Positions 51,072-61,173 of a DNA stretch of 64,000 nucleotides are shown in pieces. How positions within the stretch are numbered: the first letter of the stretch is position 1; the number at the start of each line of letters is the position of its first letter. Location: positions 256,935 through 320,934 of the IMG/VR virus record IMGVR_UViG_3300023179_004149. One strand, given 5' to 3'. The notes beneath the pieces were generated by a model that saw only the letters and a list, made by a program, of their open reading frames with translations, searched no databases and was not told the origin of the DNA. Both the position numbers and the translations under genes were made by a program.

Positions 51072-52054
51072 TTAATTCCACCAAGTTTGTAAATAGCGTT
51101 GTAATAATGTAAATAATATTCTATTAGCTTTTTCATGTAGATAATACCCCATGTTCATAGCTATTGTTCGTTTAGTATTGTTATCAAAGATGTATTTATC
51201 TGTCTTTGTAACTTCACGATAAGCATGGGGGTATTTTGCAAAAAATGAATCAAAATCCTCTGAAAGAGTCTCAATTATTAATGTTGAACACCCCCGCATA
51301 TTGTCATGAACCTCATCACCTATATCCTTAAGATCTTCTTTGGTTATCGGGTCAAAACGCATTTCAGTTTTATGGTAATTCATATAGATACTCTGATAAT
51401 GTTCTTCTGATACGAGTTTCATTAAACGCACGGCAAGTTCCATTCGCTGAGCATCACGTATATGATCAACATGAATGCCCTTTTCTCTTATGTACTTAGC
51501 CTGGAACAAAATTTTATTTATCATCAAAGTCCAAATATAATAGTCGTCCCAATCACGGTCATTCCATATAACTGGAAACCAACGTATTAAGTTCTTAATA
51601 CCTTTGATGAAATCTTCATGATAGTACCTAGCTTCATATCTCCACCATATTGAAAGTTTATTCCATATGGTTAGTTTATTTTCTTCTTTTGATTCCATAT
51701 TCTTTGTATTATCTTTTTTGTTCGAGTTTCCGTTTCGGTGAAACGATCGGCCAATCGTGAACACATTGCGGTAAAACCATTATTTTCAGGTTTATATAAA
51801 GTAATATATGATCTGATATTACTTATAATGGATGGATTGTCCTTAGCCATTTTATAAAAAACACCACCAAACACACGTCTGTTTAACACGTTATATTTAC
51901 TACCATCATATTCAGCCACACGATAGGTTGCGTTTAATTCCTTATCGGAGATAAGAATATCAAATAAACCAGTCTCCTGGTTTACCAGGATAATCCACAG
52001 TGTTATTCCCTCTTTTGTATCGTGAAATAGGGTTTTATCTTTTGGTATTTGCAT
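51072..52054 (-). other. two hypothetical CDSs (51072-51698, 51671-52054)
   Basis: ORFs. Confidence 0.65.
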
Positions 52055-52059
52055 TTTTA

Positions 52060-52200
52060 TGGTTTTTAATTGTTGATGTCCGACACCAACAACCCATCAA
52101 AACTTAATTCACATCGAGCCCTTAACGTGGAGTACTGTCACAATTACGGGCGGGAATCAGCCAGCTTTTTCTTTAACCCTTCGTCATATGAATCTCACTT
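52060..52200 (-). ncRNA. candidate structured leader / cis-regulatory RNA
   Basis: GC-richer 160-nt intergenic region with ATTCATAT/ATGTGAAT, GCCC/GGGC and TGTTGGTGT/ACATCAACA helices. Confidence 0.35.
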
Positions 52201-52214
52201 CTTTGGAAAGCGAT

Positions 52215-52751
52215 TTATGCATTTTCTCCATTGAGGTGTTTAACAATATCCTCAACTTTATCAGATAACTTAGTATTTATATCAGACCAATCACCGTCAA
52301 CCCAAACGAAGTTGTCTTTCGATACGGGTATGGGCCATTCTTCTATTCGTGCCCTCTCAAAGTATTCTTCGAGTCCCATGTCGTCCACAGCAACCCAGGT
52401 ATCGATGAGGTCTTTATTACCCTGAACCCAGCGCATTATTTGATACGCTCTATCCATTTCAAGATTAGTACTCATTTTTATTTTGTTACCATCAGTCATA
52501 CCGATGATTACATTGGGTATGCCGTAATGAACGAATATCTTACCCAACTGAACTATGCTATAGTGATACTTCCAGTCCGAACTGATCACCACCTTAGCGC
52601 CCGTTCTACGAATGATCTCAGCTAACGCATCGCATTCTTGTTTAACCCATGGATACGGCATAGATATATCGTCTATCTTAAAACGACCATCCATCCATGT
52701 CCCGTATGCTAATGGGCCATCAACGTCTACAAAAATTATTTTCTGTTTCAT
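52215..52751 (-). CDS. HAD phosphatase (HAD_SAK_2 type)
   Basis: FVDVDGPL, VISSDWK, WVAVDDM. Confidence 0.8.
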   Translation of the reverse strand: MKQKIIFVDVDGPLAYGTWMDGRFKIDDISMPYPWVKQECDALAEIIRRTGAKVVISSDWKYHYSIVQLGKIFVHYGIPNVIIGMTDGNKIKMSTNLEMDRAYQIMRWVQGNKDLIDTWVAVDDMGLEEYFERARIEEWPIPVSKDNFVWVDGDWSDINTKLSDKVEDIVKHLNGENA

Positions 52752-52963
52752 TAGCTTTTCTTTGAATAAGAGGAAGAGCTCGGGTATGACAACAGTCCGA
52801 TAAGAACTTTGATACCCAACGCTTGCCAGAACGTTATTTTAGCCAGCATCGGTATTGCTGGTACCAGGTAGAAATTCCACAACCACATGATCGGGAAAGC
52901 AACAATTACCGAGATTAAAATGAGTAGTGCTATGACCATCAACGCAGCAATGACTTTTTCCAT
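52751..52963 (-). CDS. small membrane protein
   Basis: MWLWN...ITFWQALG. Confidence 0.65.
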   Translation of the reverse strand: MEKVIAALMVIALLILISVIVAFPIMWLWNFYLVPAIPMLAKITFWQALGIKVLIGLLSYPSSSSYSKKS

Positions 52964-53034
52964 TTTTTTGTTTTAATTGTTAATAATGATTAGAATACAA
53001 AAGTAGTTCTTTTTTTTGACACCACCAAATTTAT

Positions 53035-53406
53035 TTACCAATTTAAATTTGCTAGTAACACATAAGTGATAATTAATTGATAGGCATGAATCACCTGATC
53101 GAAACCCACAACCACAAATCCATTATGATAGTCCTGAGCATCAAAGAACTTCTTTGATATGCGACTGGTTGTGTAATCGGTAATCCAGTGAGCCATAAAG
53201 GTAATAATGCTAAAATTCATAGCCATGAGCCAACTACCGTTGTATGCCCACATAGCAAAAAACCAAGTTAATGCATATGTACCCACATGGTAAGTTAGGT
53301 AAAGGTTTGAAGATGATTTTTTTATAGCTTGGTTGTGGGTTTGCAATGCAAAGTCGGCGAGGAAATGTACTATAATCAAGAATAGTACTGTTTTTAATTC
53401 AATCAT
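53035..53406 (-). CDS. DUF3307 membrane protein
   Basis: HFLADFALQ, H..TY, HWITD, DQVIH. Confidence 0.8.
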   Translation of the reverse strand: MIELKTVLFLIIVHFLADFALQTHNQAIKKSSSNLYLTYHVGTYALTWFFAMWAYNGSWLMAMNFSIITFMAHWITDYTTSRISKKFFDAQDYHNGFVVVGFDQVIHAYQLIITYVLLANLNW

Positions 53407-53948
53407 AAATTTACTATTTTTTTTGTTTTATCTGGTTTGGAATATACTATAGCTTTTGGTTTTATAACATAAGGTTTACTCTTCTCAATTCTCTTCACAA
53501 CCTCATCACCAAGACCAGGATTCAGATAACCAATAGTTGCATGTGGATGATATTCAGGGAATTTGTTGGTGTGTGGGAACTTTGTTAATATGTTATTCAC
53601 ATAATGCAGATCCTCTCCGTCAACGTCAAATTTTAATACATCAAAGTCTGGATTCTTAAATAATGAAACATTAGTAAGTGTTATATTATCGTATGGCCTA
53701 ACAAGGCAAGCATCAAGAACATCATCATCGTTTATCTCATCTGTATGCAACCCAAATAATAAAGTTATATGTGGTTCGTGTTCTAGACCATAACCTCCTG
53801 TTTCTGGGGCATATAATTCATGTGGTTGTATTAATTCATGTAAAGATTTCATTTCTGGATAATCAAAATATAGCATGGCGCAACCGTACTCATATCTATT
53901 ATCTTTTTTTTGTTCAACAATTTTTGCAATTTTTTTTAAAAAACTCAT
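53403..53948 (-). CDS. 2H phosphoesterase (Acb1/gp57B-like or LigT-like)
   Basis: two HxT motifs, PHITL and PHATI. Confidence 0.8.
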   Translation of the reverse strand: MSFLKKIAKIVEQKKDNRYEYGCAMLYFDYPEMKSLHELIQPHELYAPETGGYGLEHEPHITLLFGLHTDEINDDDVLDACLVRPYDNITLTNVSLFKNPDFDVLKFDVDGEDLHYVNNILTKFPHTNKFPEYHPHATIGYLNPGLGDEVVKRIEKSKPYVIKPKAIVYSKPDKTKKIVNL

Positions 53949-54412
53949 AACTTGCAATATAATCTGTATTTTTGTAGTTGTTTATTTTTATCTTCTTCCA
54001 AAGAATATGGCTGGGACACAGCAAAACTAATTTTGGCTTTAATGTCTTCACTCGGTAAAATACGTGATACTATTGCTAATTCCCCTAACGATAAATCAAA
54101 AATGGTGAAATTAGACAATTGGTAAGTTTCTGATCCTAAATCAGAAATAATTGATACGGGATGATAACTTAAATTAAAGCAATATCTTACCTGGTTTCGT
54201 GTAATTATACGCTCAGTTATTAAATAATCAATAATCTTTCCAACCCTACGGGTTTTATACCAGTTTGGTATATGATTATCTTTTGTATCCAGAGCGTGTA
54301 CCATTGCAAACGTAAGATGATCCACTTCATATACATGAGCTAAAATATTTCGACCTTGTTCAATGATAAAATTATTAATGTTCATTAGACAAAAGTACTA
54401 AATAAAATTGAT

Positions 54413-54872
54413 TTAACCAACTATCATGTACATTCTTTCTTCATACGCAATTAAACCAACACCAGGTTCAATCGGTTCTTTAGTAAAGACGCAATATGGG
54501 TGGAGCATTTTGCGATATTTCTTATCAACCCCACACCACACCATTTTATTGCAAAATGCCACCATCATTCGTTAACTTCTTTACTATTATGTATTGTATT
54601 ACTTTCCTCCGCTTTAATAAATCAACCATAGTCGCTTTGGTAATTACTGAAAACTCGGGCCCAGCTATACCATCTGGTTTTATCTTAAACAAAAAATCAA
54701 ATTCTTCTGGATTGAACACCCAGTCTTTATTTATAACCTTAATAAGACGTACTTTTGATAATTGTTGATAAAACAAGTCAACCTCATCATAACATTTTCT
54801 TAGTGCTTTCACACATGCTTTAAAGTACTGTTCATCCACATTGATTTTAACATAACGCTCATCGCTTAACAT
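54413..54872 (-). pseudogene. hypothetical gene probably split by a +1 indel in a T4 run
   Basis: 54546-54872 continues as GI-CNKMVWCGVDKKYRKML... if one T at 54553-54556 is removed. Confidence 0.45.
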
Positions 54873-54873
54873 A

Positions 54874-55452
54874 TTATATTATTTTGTCAACAAAACCATG
54901 TTTTTGTCCAGTTTCAGCAGTCATATACCAATCGTATTTATTTTTCTTATGGTCGTCCAGCTGTTTTTTCTTGAGTTTACTCTTGGCCAACAGTTGACTA
55001 TCATACATAGTCATAATTCGTTTACTCTCTTCGATATTTTCAGATAAAGCGGTTATTTTTTCGTATGTTGGCTGATCCAGGATTTCGTGATACATGAATG
55101 AGGCAAATCTATTTGCCACACGGTAATTTCCGCTTACAAATATCAACAGAGCCATAGACATAACCGAACCATAAGCATATGTATAAACTGGTGTTTTAGA
55201 GTTCTCAATAATACCAATAATTGCAAAACCATCATACACACTACCACCAAAACTATTAATGTATAGTTTGATGGGCTTTCGCACATAATCTTTAACTGTT
55301 TCCTCCTCATAATCATCATATTCGTTTATATGCAATATAAATCGCATTACATCGTATGCGGAGGACTCATCAATATCACTACTAAGCACAAATGATCTCG
55401 AGGGTTCATCCTCAAAATCATACAGTTTATTTTTTTTCCATTCGGTACTCAT
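54874..55452 (-). CDS. clpP: ClpP-like protease subunit
   Basis: PIKLYINSFGGSV, VMSMA, FMYHE, WYMTAE..GFVD. Confidence 0.9.
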   Translation of the reverse strand: MSTEWKKNKLYDFEDEPSRSFVLSSDIDESSAYDVMRFILHINEYDDYEEETVKDYVRKPIKLYINSFGGSVYDGFAIIGIIENSKTPVYTYAYGSVMSMALLIFVSGNYRVANRFASFMYHEILDQPTYEKITALSENIEESKRIMTMYDSQLLAKSKLKKKQLDDHKKNKYDWYMTAETGQKHGFVDKII

Positions 55453-55749
55453 AATTCAACCAGGGTTTAACTTGTTGTTCTTTGATGGCTAACGCTATCT
55501 TATTGTAATTATCATTATAGAATTTCTCGCCTTCTGGTGAATCAGCCCAGAATAAAAAATCAATTTCTGATTCAGTTTCCCTAACTATTTTAAGAGCTTC
55601 GTTCCTGTCTTTCTTTAAAAAAGAAATGTTAACATATTTAATCAAAAACTGATTATCAACCTTTGACCAATATGCTAACACCCCTGATTTTTTCTTATCG
55701 GTTATTCTTTTTCGTTCTATTACTTCCTCAATATAAACCTTCTTTTTCA

Positions 55750-57102
55750 TTAATTAGATTCTTCCATATCAACAGCATCTGTATCTTTGATAAGTGACTC
55801 CAAAACTTTGAATTCGAATGACTTATGCTTGTAAATTCTTGGTACGAGACCAGATTCTAACCTAACACAGACACCTTCTCTGATGTGGGTCTTATCAACA
55901 ATTGATGCTCCTTTAGAATAAATATCTACTTCATTCAACAGAAAATCCTGGAAGTCACGATCGTCATTAAAAAAACGCCCCTTTAATTCTTCGTTGGCTT
56001 TTAATTCACCAACGGTGAAACGAGCAAGCTCTGGAACATGCTTTACACCCAATTCATTACAACGTCTCATAACGTCATCCCATGAATAGTCCACCGACTG
56101 ACCATCGACATTAGTCATCGTCATACGATAAACATAAACATCAGATGTTCCTTCCACACAACCATATGAATAAATCATATGTGTGTTATTACCCTTGTTT
56201 GAGTATTTTTGAGTAAATTCTTTGTCTTTAAGTGCGGTTGTATCAACCGCTGGCATGATTGGGGTTGATCCATTATCATAACCCACGATTTCTAGGTAAA
56301 CGGTTTCGCCTTTTCTAAGGTTTCCTTTAAACAAGTTGAATGCCTTTTCTCTGATAGTTGGATCGTGGTACTGAGGTCCGTCACGCTTAGATTCTTCTAA
56401 GACAACCCTACGTGTACCGTTAAGGTATGTCCACTCATTTTCGTCAATTTTAAGCCCCAGCCATTTAAGGATGGATTCATACCATTTATATTTACGAGAG
56501 GTCATAACGTTACCAACACGATGTGATGTACCATGAAGCTTTTCCGTGATAATAATTAAATCATTCGGTCTCACTTCGTGCGTAGAACGTCCAAAGTGTG
56601 ACGTGTCAATATGTTCCTTGAACATGATTGATGTCTTTGCGGTCTTTGTCTTTTTTGGTTGGTTCTGCTGAGCCGCTTTTATGGTTGACGGGTTGATGTA
56701 TTTGTTACAGATAGGTATACCCTTAATTGTGTCAAATTCATAACCTTCTTTCAATAACTCAGCAGGTAACTTGTTGATGAAGCTGAAACATGACATCGGT
56801 ATCCAGAATCCATCAGATATTTCACCTCTGAACTTCTGCGCCCTAACCCTACGGTTCACCTCGAACATACCTGGTTTATCGTTAGGATCGGAATTCATCG
56901 TTCTTTCCCTGTATAAGTTGTTAGCATGGGCAAACTCATGGCTCAACTGACCGTCGCTGGGGAAATAAACCCCCAGATCATCATCCTTATTATCCAATCC
57001 AACAACCACCTGATTGCCGTGGCAGGTCGCCAACTTTACCTTGTCAGCGTTTGGATGCTTTCTTACATTTCTTAATCTTGTCACAATAGCTAAATACGCC
57101 AT
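55750..57102 (-). CDS. RNA ligase, DRB0094/Rnl5-like
   Basis: N-terminal OB (HPNADK), ITEKLHGT, YLEIVG, REGVCVR, YKHKS. Confidence 0.85.
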   Translation of the reverse strand: MAYLAIVTRLRNVRKHPNADKVKLATCHGNQVVVGLDNKDDDLGVYFPSDGQLSHEFAHANNLYRERTMNSDPNDKPGMFEVNRRVRAQKFRGEISDGFWIPMSCFSFINKLPAELLKEGYEFDTIKGIPICNKYINPSTIKAAQQNQPKKTKTAKTSIMFKEHIDTSHFGRSTHEVRPNDLIIITEKLHGTSHRVGNVMTSRKYKWYESILKWLGLKIDENEWTYLNGTRRVVLEESKRDGPQYHDPTIREKAFNLFKGNLRKGETVYLEIVGYDNGSTPIMPAVDTTALKDKEFTQKYSNKGNNTHMIYSYGCVEGTSDVYVYRMTMTNVDGQSVDYSWDDVMRRCNELGVKHVPELARFTVGELKANEELKGRFFNDDRDFQDFLLNEVDIYSKGASIVDKTHIREGVCVRLESGLVPRIYKHKSFEFKVLESLIKDTDAVDMEESN

Positions 57103-57147
57103 AATCTATTTTTTTACAAAAGTACTAAAATAATTTGACAAAAACAA

Positions 57148-57174
57148 ATAACCCCAGAAATAATCTGGGGTTAT
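57148..57174 (-). terminator. intrinsic terminator abutting a promoter
   Basis: ATAACCCCAGA/TCTGGGGTTAT. Confidence 0.7.
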
Positions 57175-57176
57175 GT

Positions 57177-57503
57177 TTATATTCCGAAGTTAGTTTTCAT
57201 TTTTCCAACCAACTGGGTTTTCGGAACAAACCCCTTCATTGAATCTACCTTCTGCCCATTTTTAAAGAAAAGGATGGTTGGAATCGATGTAATTCCGTAT
57301 TCAGTTGATAACTCTGCTGCGTTATCAACATTTACCTTTACTATTTGTACACTATCCATTTCACTAGCAACAATATCTAAAAGTGGTGATAATTGTTTAC
57401 ATGGGCCGCACCAGGGTGCGTAAAAATCAACCAATACATTTGGTGTGCTGGCTACTAAGTTATCAAAATCTGCTTTTGTTTCTATATACTTTACCCGCCT
57501 CAT
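57177..57503 (-). CDS. trxA: thioredoxin
   Basis: VDFYAPWCGPCK, SIPT. Confidence 0.95.
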   Translation of the reverse strand: MRRVKYIETKADFDNLVASTPNVLVDFYAPWCGPCKQLSPLLDIVASEMDSVQIVKVNVDNAAELSTEYGITSIPTILFFKNGQKVDSMKGFVPKTQLVGKMKTNFGI

Positions 57504-57505
57504 AA

Positions 57506-58285
57506 TTAGTGTTTTACGTCTACTGAACTGTTTCTCTGGTCATCGGAAAATTCCAGATCTTTAGCCATCATATCCATAGTAGCTGCGCTATATGTAACAG
57601 TGTCATCTATTTTCATTCTATTCAAGTACTCCATTTTAGAAGCTCTCATGCTGCTAACATTACTTGACACGTTAGCAAATGCCATGGTTGTGTGGTTAGC
57701 GTCTGCTGTGTATGTCAAAGCATTTGAACCCCCGATACCATAGTTTTTAGCTACAATTACCGCATCCTGATTAGCACCTAGATAAACGAATTTCCATTGC
57801 TTATCTTTTTCACAGGCACGGATCATTTTCTTAACTGCTTCACCCGTGTATTCACGGCTTGAATTTTCATCACCATCGGTGATGATTACAAACGTAACGT
57901 CACGATCAGTGTTAAGTTCGTTAATTGTCTTACCGATAGCATCGTGTAAGGCTGTCATACCTCTTGGTACAAAGCTTTCACCAACTACCAGGTCAGTTAC
58001 TTCTTCAACAGGCGTTGATTTATAATGTACTTCGTATCTATCATCAAACTGTATGAGCGTAATGAACGCCTTACCCTCTGCATTTTTTTGTTCGTTAATG
58101 AAGTTATTATAACCCTTTACGGTAGCATCCTGGATACTTGTCATTGAACCAGAACGATCCAGTACAATTACCACATCGGTTTCGCCTAACTTCTTTTCAG
58201 CGTCCACCACTGTTATTTTTTTCTTAGCTACCTTTTTTGGTGCTGCTACTTTTTTTTCTGTTGACTTTTTCTTTGCTGTCGCCAT
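57506..58285 (-). CDS. vWA domain protein
   Basis: MIDAS DRSGSM, TALHDAIG, ITDGDENSS, YLGANQDA. Confidence 0.9.
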   Translation of the reverse strand: MATAKKKSTEKKVAAPKKVAKKKITVVDAEKKLGETDVVIVLDRSGSMTSIQDATVKGYNNFINEQKNAEGKAFITLIQFDDRYEVHYKSTPVEEVTDLVVGESFVPRGMTALHDAIGKTINELNTDRDVTFVIITDGDENSSREYTGEAVKKMIRACEKDKQWKFVYLGANQDAVIVAKNYGIGGSNALTYTADANHTTMAFANVSSNVSSMRASKMEYLNRMKIDDTVTYSAATMDMMAKDLEFSDDQRNSSVDVKH

Positions 58286-58295
58286 TTGTTTCGTT

Positions 58296-58835
58296 TTATT
58301 TTTTATTTATTATATGCTTAGCCAATTTTCGTAATTCGCTTGTTTCAACCATTATGAAACGATCTTTCCTGTCTTGACGATGATAGAGCTTATATAATTC
58401 TGGATTTTTGAACGGCTTAACTACTGGAATTTGGTTTCTATATTTCTCGGAAAACTTGATTAATTCTTTTCGATCTATAACCAGCCATTCCTTATTCGTT
58501 TCAAATGAAACATAGTCAGATTTACCATATAACCAACCTGTTTTTCCGATTACGTTTTGAAATTCGATGTAATGTATCGAATCATCGGGTAATTTACCCC
58601 TGGTTTTGCTTTTAATGCTTTTTACATCGTAAGTGGTATCCAATTCATTTCTACCCCAAATAATAAGTGGACAATTTGGGTCTTCAGGTACCAATTTTAA
58701 GTCCCAGTGCTCCCACATATCCTCATTTCGAGTGGCTGCGAAAACATTGCCGTATTCTCTTAAATAGTCACTGAATTTTTTTTCTACGGCTTTACCATCA
58801 TCAAGAAATTTCTGGTATTGCCAGGAACTTGTCAT
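58296..58835 (-). CDS. PD-(D/E)xK nuclease-like protein
   Basis: E...HWD...YDVK, IEFQNV.G..GWLYG. Confidence 0.55.
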   Translation of the reverse strand: MTSSWQYQKFLDDGKAVEKKFSDYLREYGNVFAATRNEDMWEHWDLKLVPEDPNCPLIIWGRNELDTTYDVKSIKSKTRGKLPDDSIHYIEFQNVIGKTGWLYGKSDYVSFETNKEWLVIDRKELIKFSEKYRNQIPVVKPFKNPELYKLYHRQDRKDRFIMVETSELRKLAKHIINKK

Positions 58836-59364
58836 ACAACTTCTTTATCATCTCAGCATCATATAAACAATTATGCTGATTTATTTTATCATCCAACCCC
58901 AGTAAGGCATGTCTATTTTTCTTGGGGTTTATGCCAATAATTCTCAATGCCGTAAATATATCAAAAGCTTGGTAAGAAGTAAAGTTACTTGGCATTTTTC
59001 TCATCGGAGAACCCATACCTAATAAATCCATGAACAAAATCCAGTCATACGCTATTGTATCACCCCAAAACTCAATCTTTTTGAACTGACGTAACCACAT
59101 ATGTAATATAGTGGATATGCGCTCTTTATCATTCTTAGCGTATGTAATTTTCTTTTCTGTATTCGCCTCAAAAAAGACATTCACATCATTCCACTTTAAC
59201 TTGCTAATAACGTGTTCATTGATCCAATGATCACATTGTGATTTATCATAATCATTGAACTCAGCATAAAACTTATCCCCATGTTCACTCACCAGTCCGA
59301 TGGATATGAGGGTTGTGTTTTTGTGTAAACCTGTAAACTCGGTATCTAAAAAACATCTTATCAT
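58801..59364 (-). CDS. DEDDh 3'-5' exoribonuclease-like protein
   Basis: FLDTEFTGL, AYDW, HNCLYDA. Confidence 0.85.
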   Translation of the reverse strand: MIRCFLDTEFTGLHKNTTLISIGLVSEHGDKFYAEFNDYDKSQCDHWINEHVISKLKWNDVNVFFEANTEKKITYAKNDKERISTILHMWLRQFKKIEFWGDTIAYDWILFMDLLGMGSPMRKMPSNFTSYQAFDIFTALRIIGINPKKNRHALLGLDDKINQHNCLYDAEMIKKLYDKFLAIPEIS

Positions 59365-59771
59365 AACTTAAATTCAAACCTTTTCTTCATTTTATCCACG
59401 ACCACATCTGGGACGTTGTGTATGTTCACACCACCATGACGGTTTTCAACAACAACGGAGAAAACCGTGTATCCGTATTTCTTAGCTAACTCAAAATACG
59501 GTTCCATTTCCCATTCCTGGGTAAACGTGTTAGATACCGCAAACTTAGGGTAAAATTGGTCGTTCTTCATGTATGCTTCAACGTTGTTACGACACCATTC
59601 GTGCGCATCTTTTATTTTAGATGGATCCCATTCGTATGCCCCAGTGTCCTTGTTGATAAAAAACTTATCAGCTTCGCATACCAGATAATCAGCGCCACCC
59701 ACCAATTCCTTGGCGAACGTACTCTTACCCGAACCAGGACAACCACGTATAATATAAAGTATTTTTTTCAT
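59361..59771 (-). CDS. P-loop polynucleotide-kinase-like protein (AAA_33)
   Basis: RGCPGSGKST, EADKFF, VSNTFT, HNVP. Confidence 0.85.
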   Translation of the reverse strand: MKKILYIIRGCPGSGKSTFAKELVGGADYLVCEADKFFINKDTGAYEWDPSKIKDAHEWCRNNVEAYMKNDQFYPKFAVSNTFTQEWEMEPYFELAKKYGYTVFSVVVENRHGGVNIHNVPDVVVDKMKKRFEFKL

Positions 59772-59774
59772 GTG

Positions 59775-60254
59775 TTATGCTAATTTAAAGTTTGAGATGA
59801 ATTCTCTTCTATTGCGAATATCCTCGCCACCTATGCTTTTAACCCATTCGTCTTTGTAATTAGGATAATCCCTATTGTGTACACCAGGATAGGTTAATTC
59901 CATCCACTTTTTAAAGTCTGGGTATTTCTCTTTATTCCAAACCCTTTCATCTAATAGGAATGAAGCGGCTGATAACGAGAAGTTTAGATCTGGTTCATGG
60001 AACTGAACGAACTTGAGTCCGATCTTTTTCATTTCTTCGCAGTTCATAATCATATCGCCAGAACCACCGCCAGACAATAAGATAACCGTCTGATCCTTTG
60101 AAGCCCATTGCTGGAAATCCTCATCGTTGAAGTGCTTTAAAGCATATCTTATGCTGGCGTGATACGCCTGTATTCCCTTCTGAATACCTGACAGTGAATA
60201 AAGAACTAAAGAATACATTCTGAGTTCTAAACCGTCATTTTTTCTATTTTCCAT
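59775..60254 (-). CDS. Pth2-like peptidyl-tRNA hydrolase fold protein
   Basis: MY.LV, Q.GIQA.HA, W....TVILL, F.EPDL. Confidence 0.6.
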   Translation of the reverse strand: MENRKNDGLELRMYSLVLYSLSGIQKGIQAYHASIRYALKHFNDEDFQQWASKDQTVILLSGGGSGDMIMNCEEMKKIGLKFVQFHEPDLNFSLSAASFLLDERVWNKEKYPDFKKWMELTYPGVHNRDYPNYKDEWVKSIGGEDIRNRREFISNFKLA

Positions 60255-60274
60255 CTTAACGTAGTTAGTTTAAG

Positions 60275-61173
60275 TTAAAATATTTCAAGTTGTTTTAACA
60301 TTACATCGATCTCAGTCAAATGAGACTTTGTAAATGTATTGGTTATATCTATATCTGAGGGGTTTATTACCCTCGGCCCACCAGGCATTTTACCATGAGC
60401 GACACCTATTAATTTTGTCTGATTTTCATATATCAGGAGAATGGGTGCGTACATGTCAAAATACTTTTGACTTTCAGTTATATTACCAGGAATCGCCAAA
60501 TCCCAATTAGTTTTGGTATTACCTAAAAGTTCAAAAAGATGTTTTACATTTTTTGGTTTTCTGTATATGTATGCCATGATACAATAATAGTTAAAAAAGT
60601 TTACACTTCCAAATGGTTTTAAAAATATGTAACGACAACATCTTCCTGTTTAACCCCCAGCATTACTTTTGCTGTTAATGGCTTGAAAGGTTCGATATCA
60701 GGGTTATATTCCCTACTCACATATTGAAATCTATCCAGGTCATCAATATACTGTGAATAGAAAGTATTAATCATTACGATTTGTTGTTTTGTAATCTGTG
60801 CAACTAAGATATAGAACAAAAATCCCTCATCATTTACAATAAAGATGGTGTTATTCCTAAAGTTAAACGCAAAGAAGTCAAAAAGCGCATCATTAAGTTG
60901 TCCCTTATATTTCGCAGGATCTAATTGATAAAGAATAGCCATTTGACTTAAAAACAACGGATACTTTGTAATACCCCTACTCGATTTAGATTTAGGATTA
61001 TACTTCGGTATTTCCGTATCCATGTTTGCATAGTCGCTTAATTTGCTACCATAAAACAATTCAAACATAACGTTTGAATTTAGATCTATATAAGACTCTA
61101 ATAATTTCATATAGAGTAATGTGTCATGTTTGAATTGTTTTAACGACTTATAATTAGGATTTTCGCGTCTCAT
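60275..61173 (-). other. two hypothetical CDSs (60275-60577, 60619-61173)
   Basis: ORFs. Confidence 0.6.

Larger units (their letters stand above)
6415..57124 (-). promoter_or_regulatory. dispersed Bacteroidota-type sigma-A promoters (TTTG-N19-21-TAnnTTTG)
   Basis: -7 boxes start (plus coordinates) at 6415, 7369, 7861, 8980, 11626, 15817, 18344, 19238, 22814, 23351, 27376, 29465, 29823, 34397, 34957, 36021, 38833, 41118, 42254, 44166, 44659, 47465, 49555, 52998, 54390, 57117. Confidence 0.85.
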
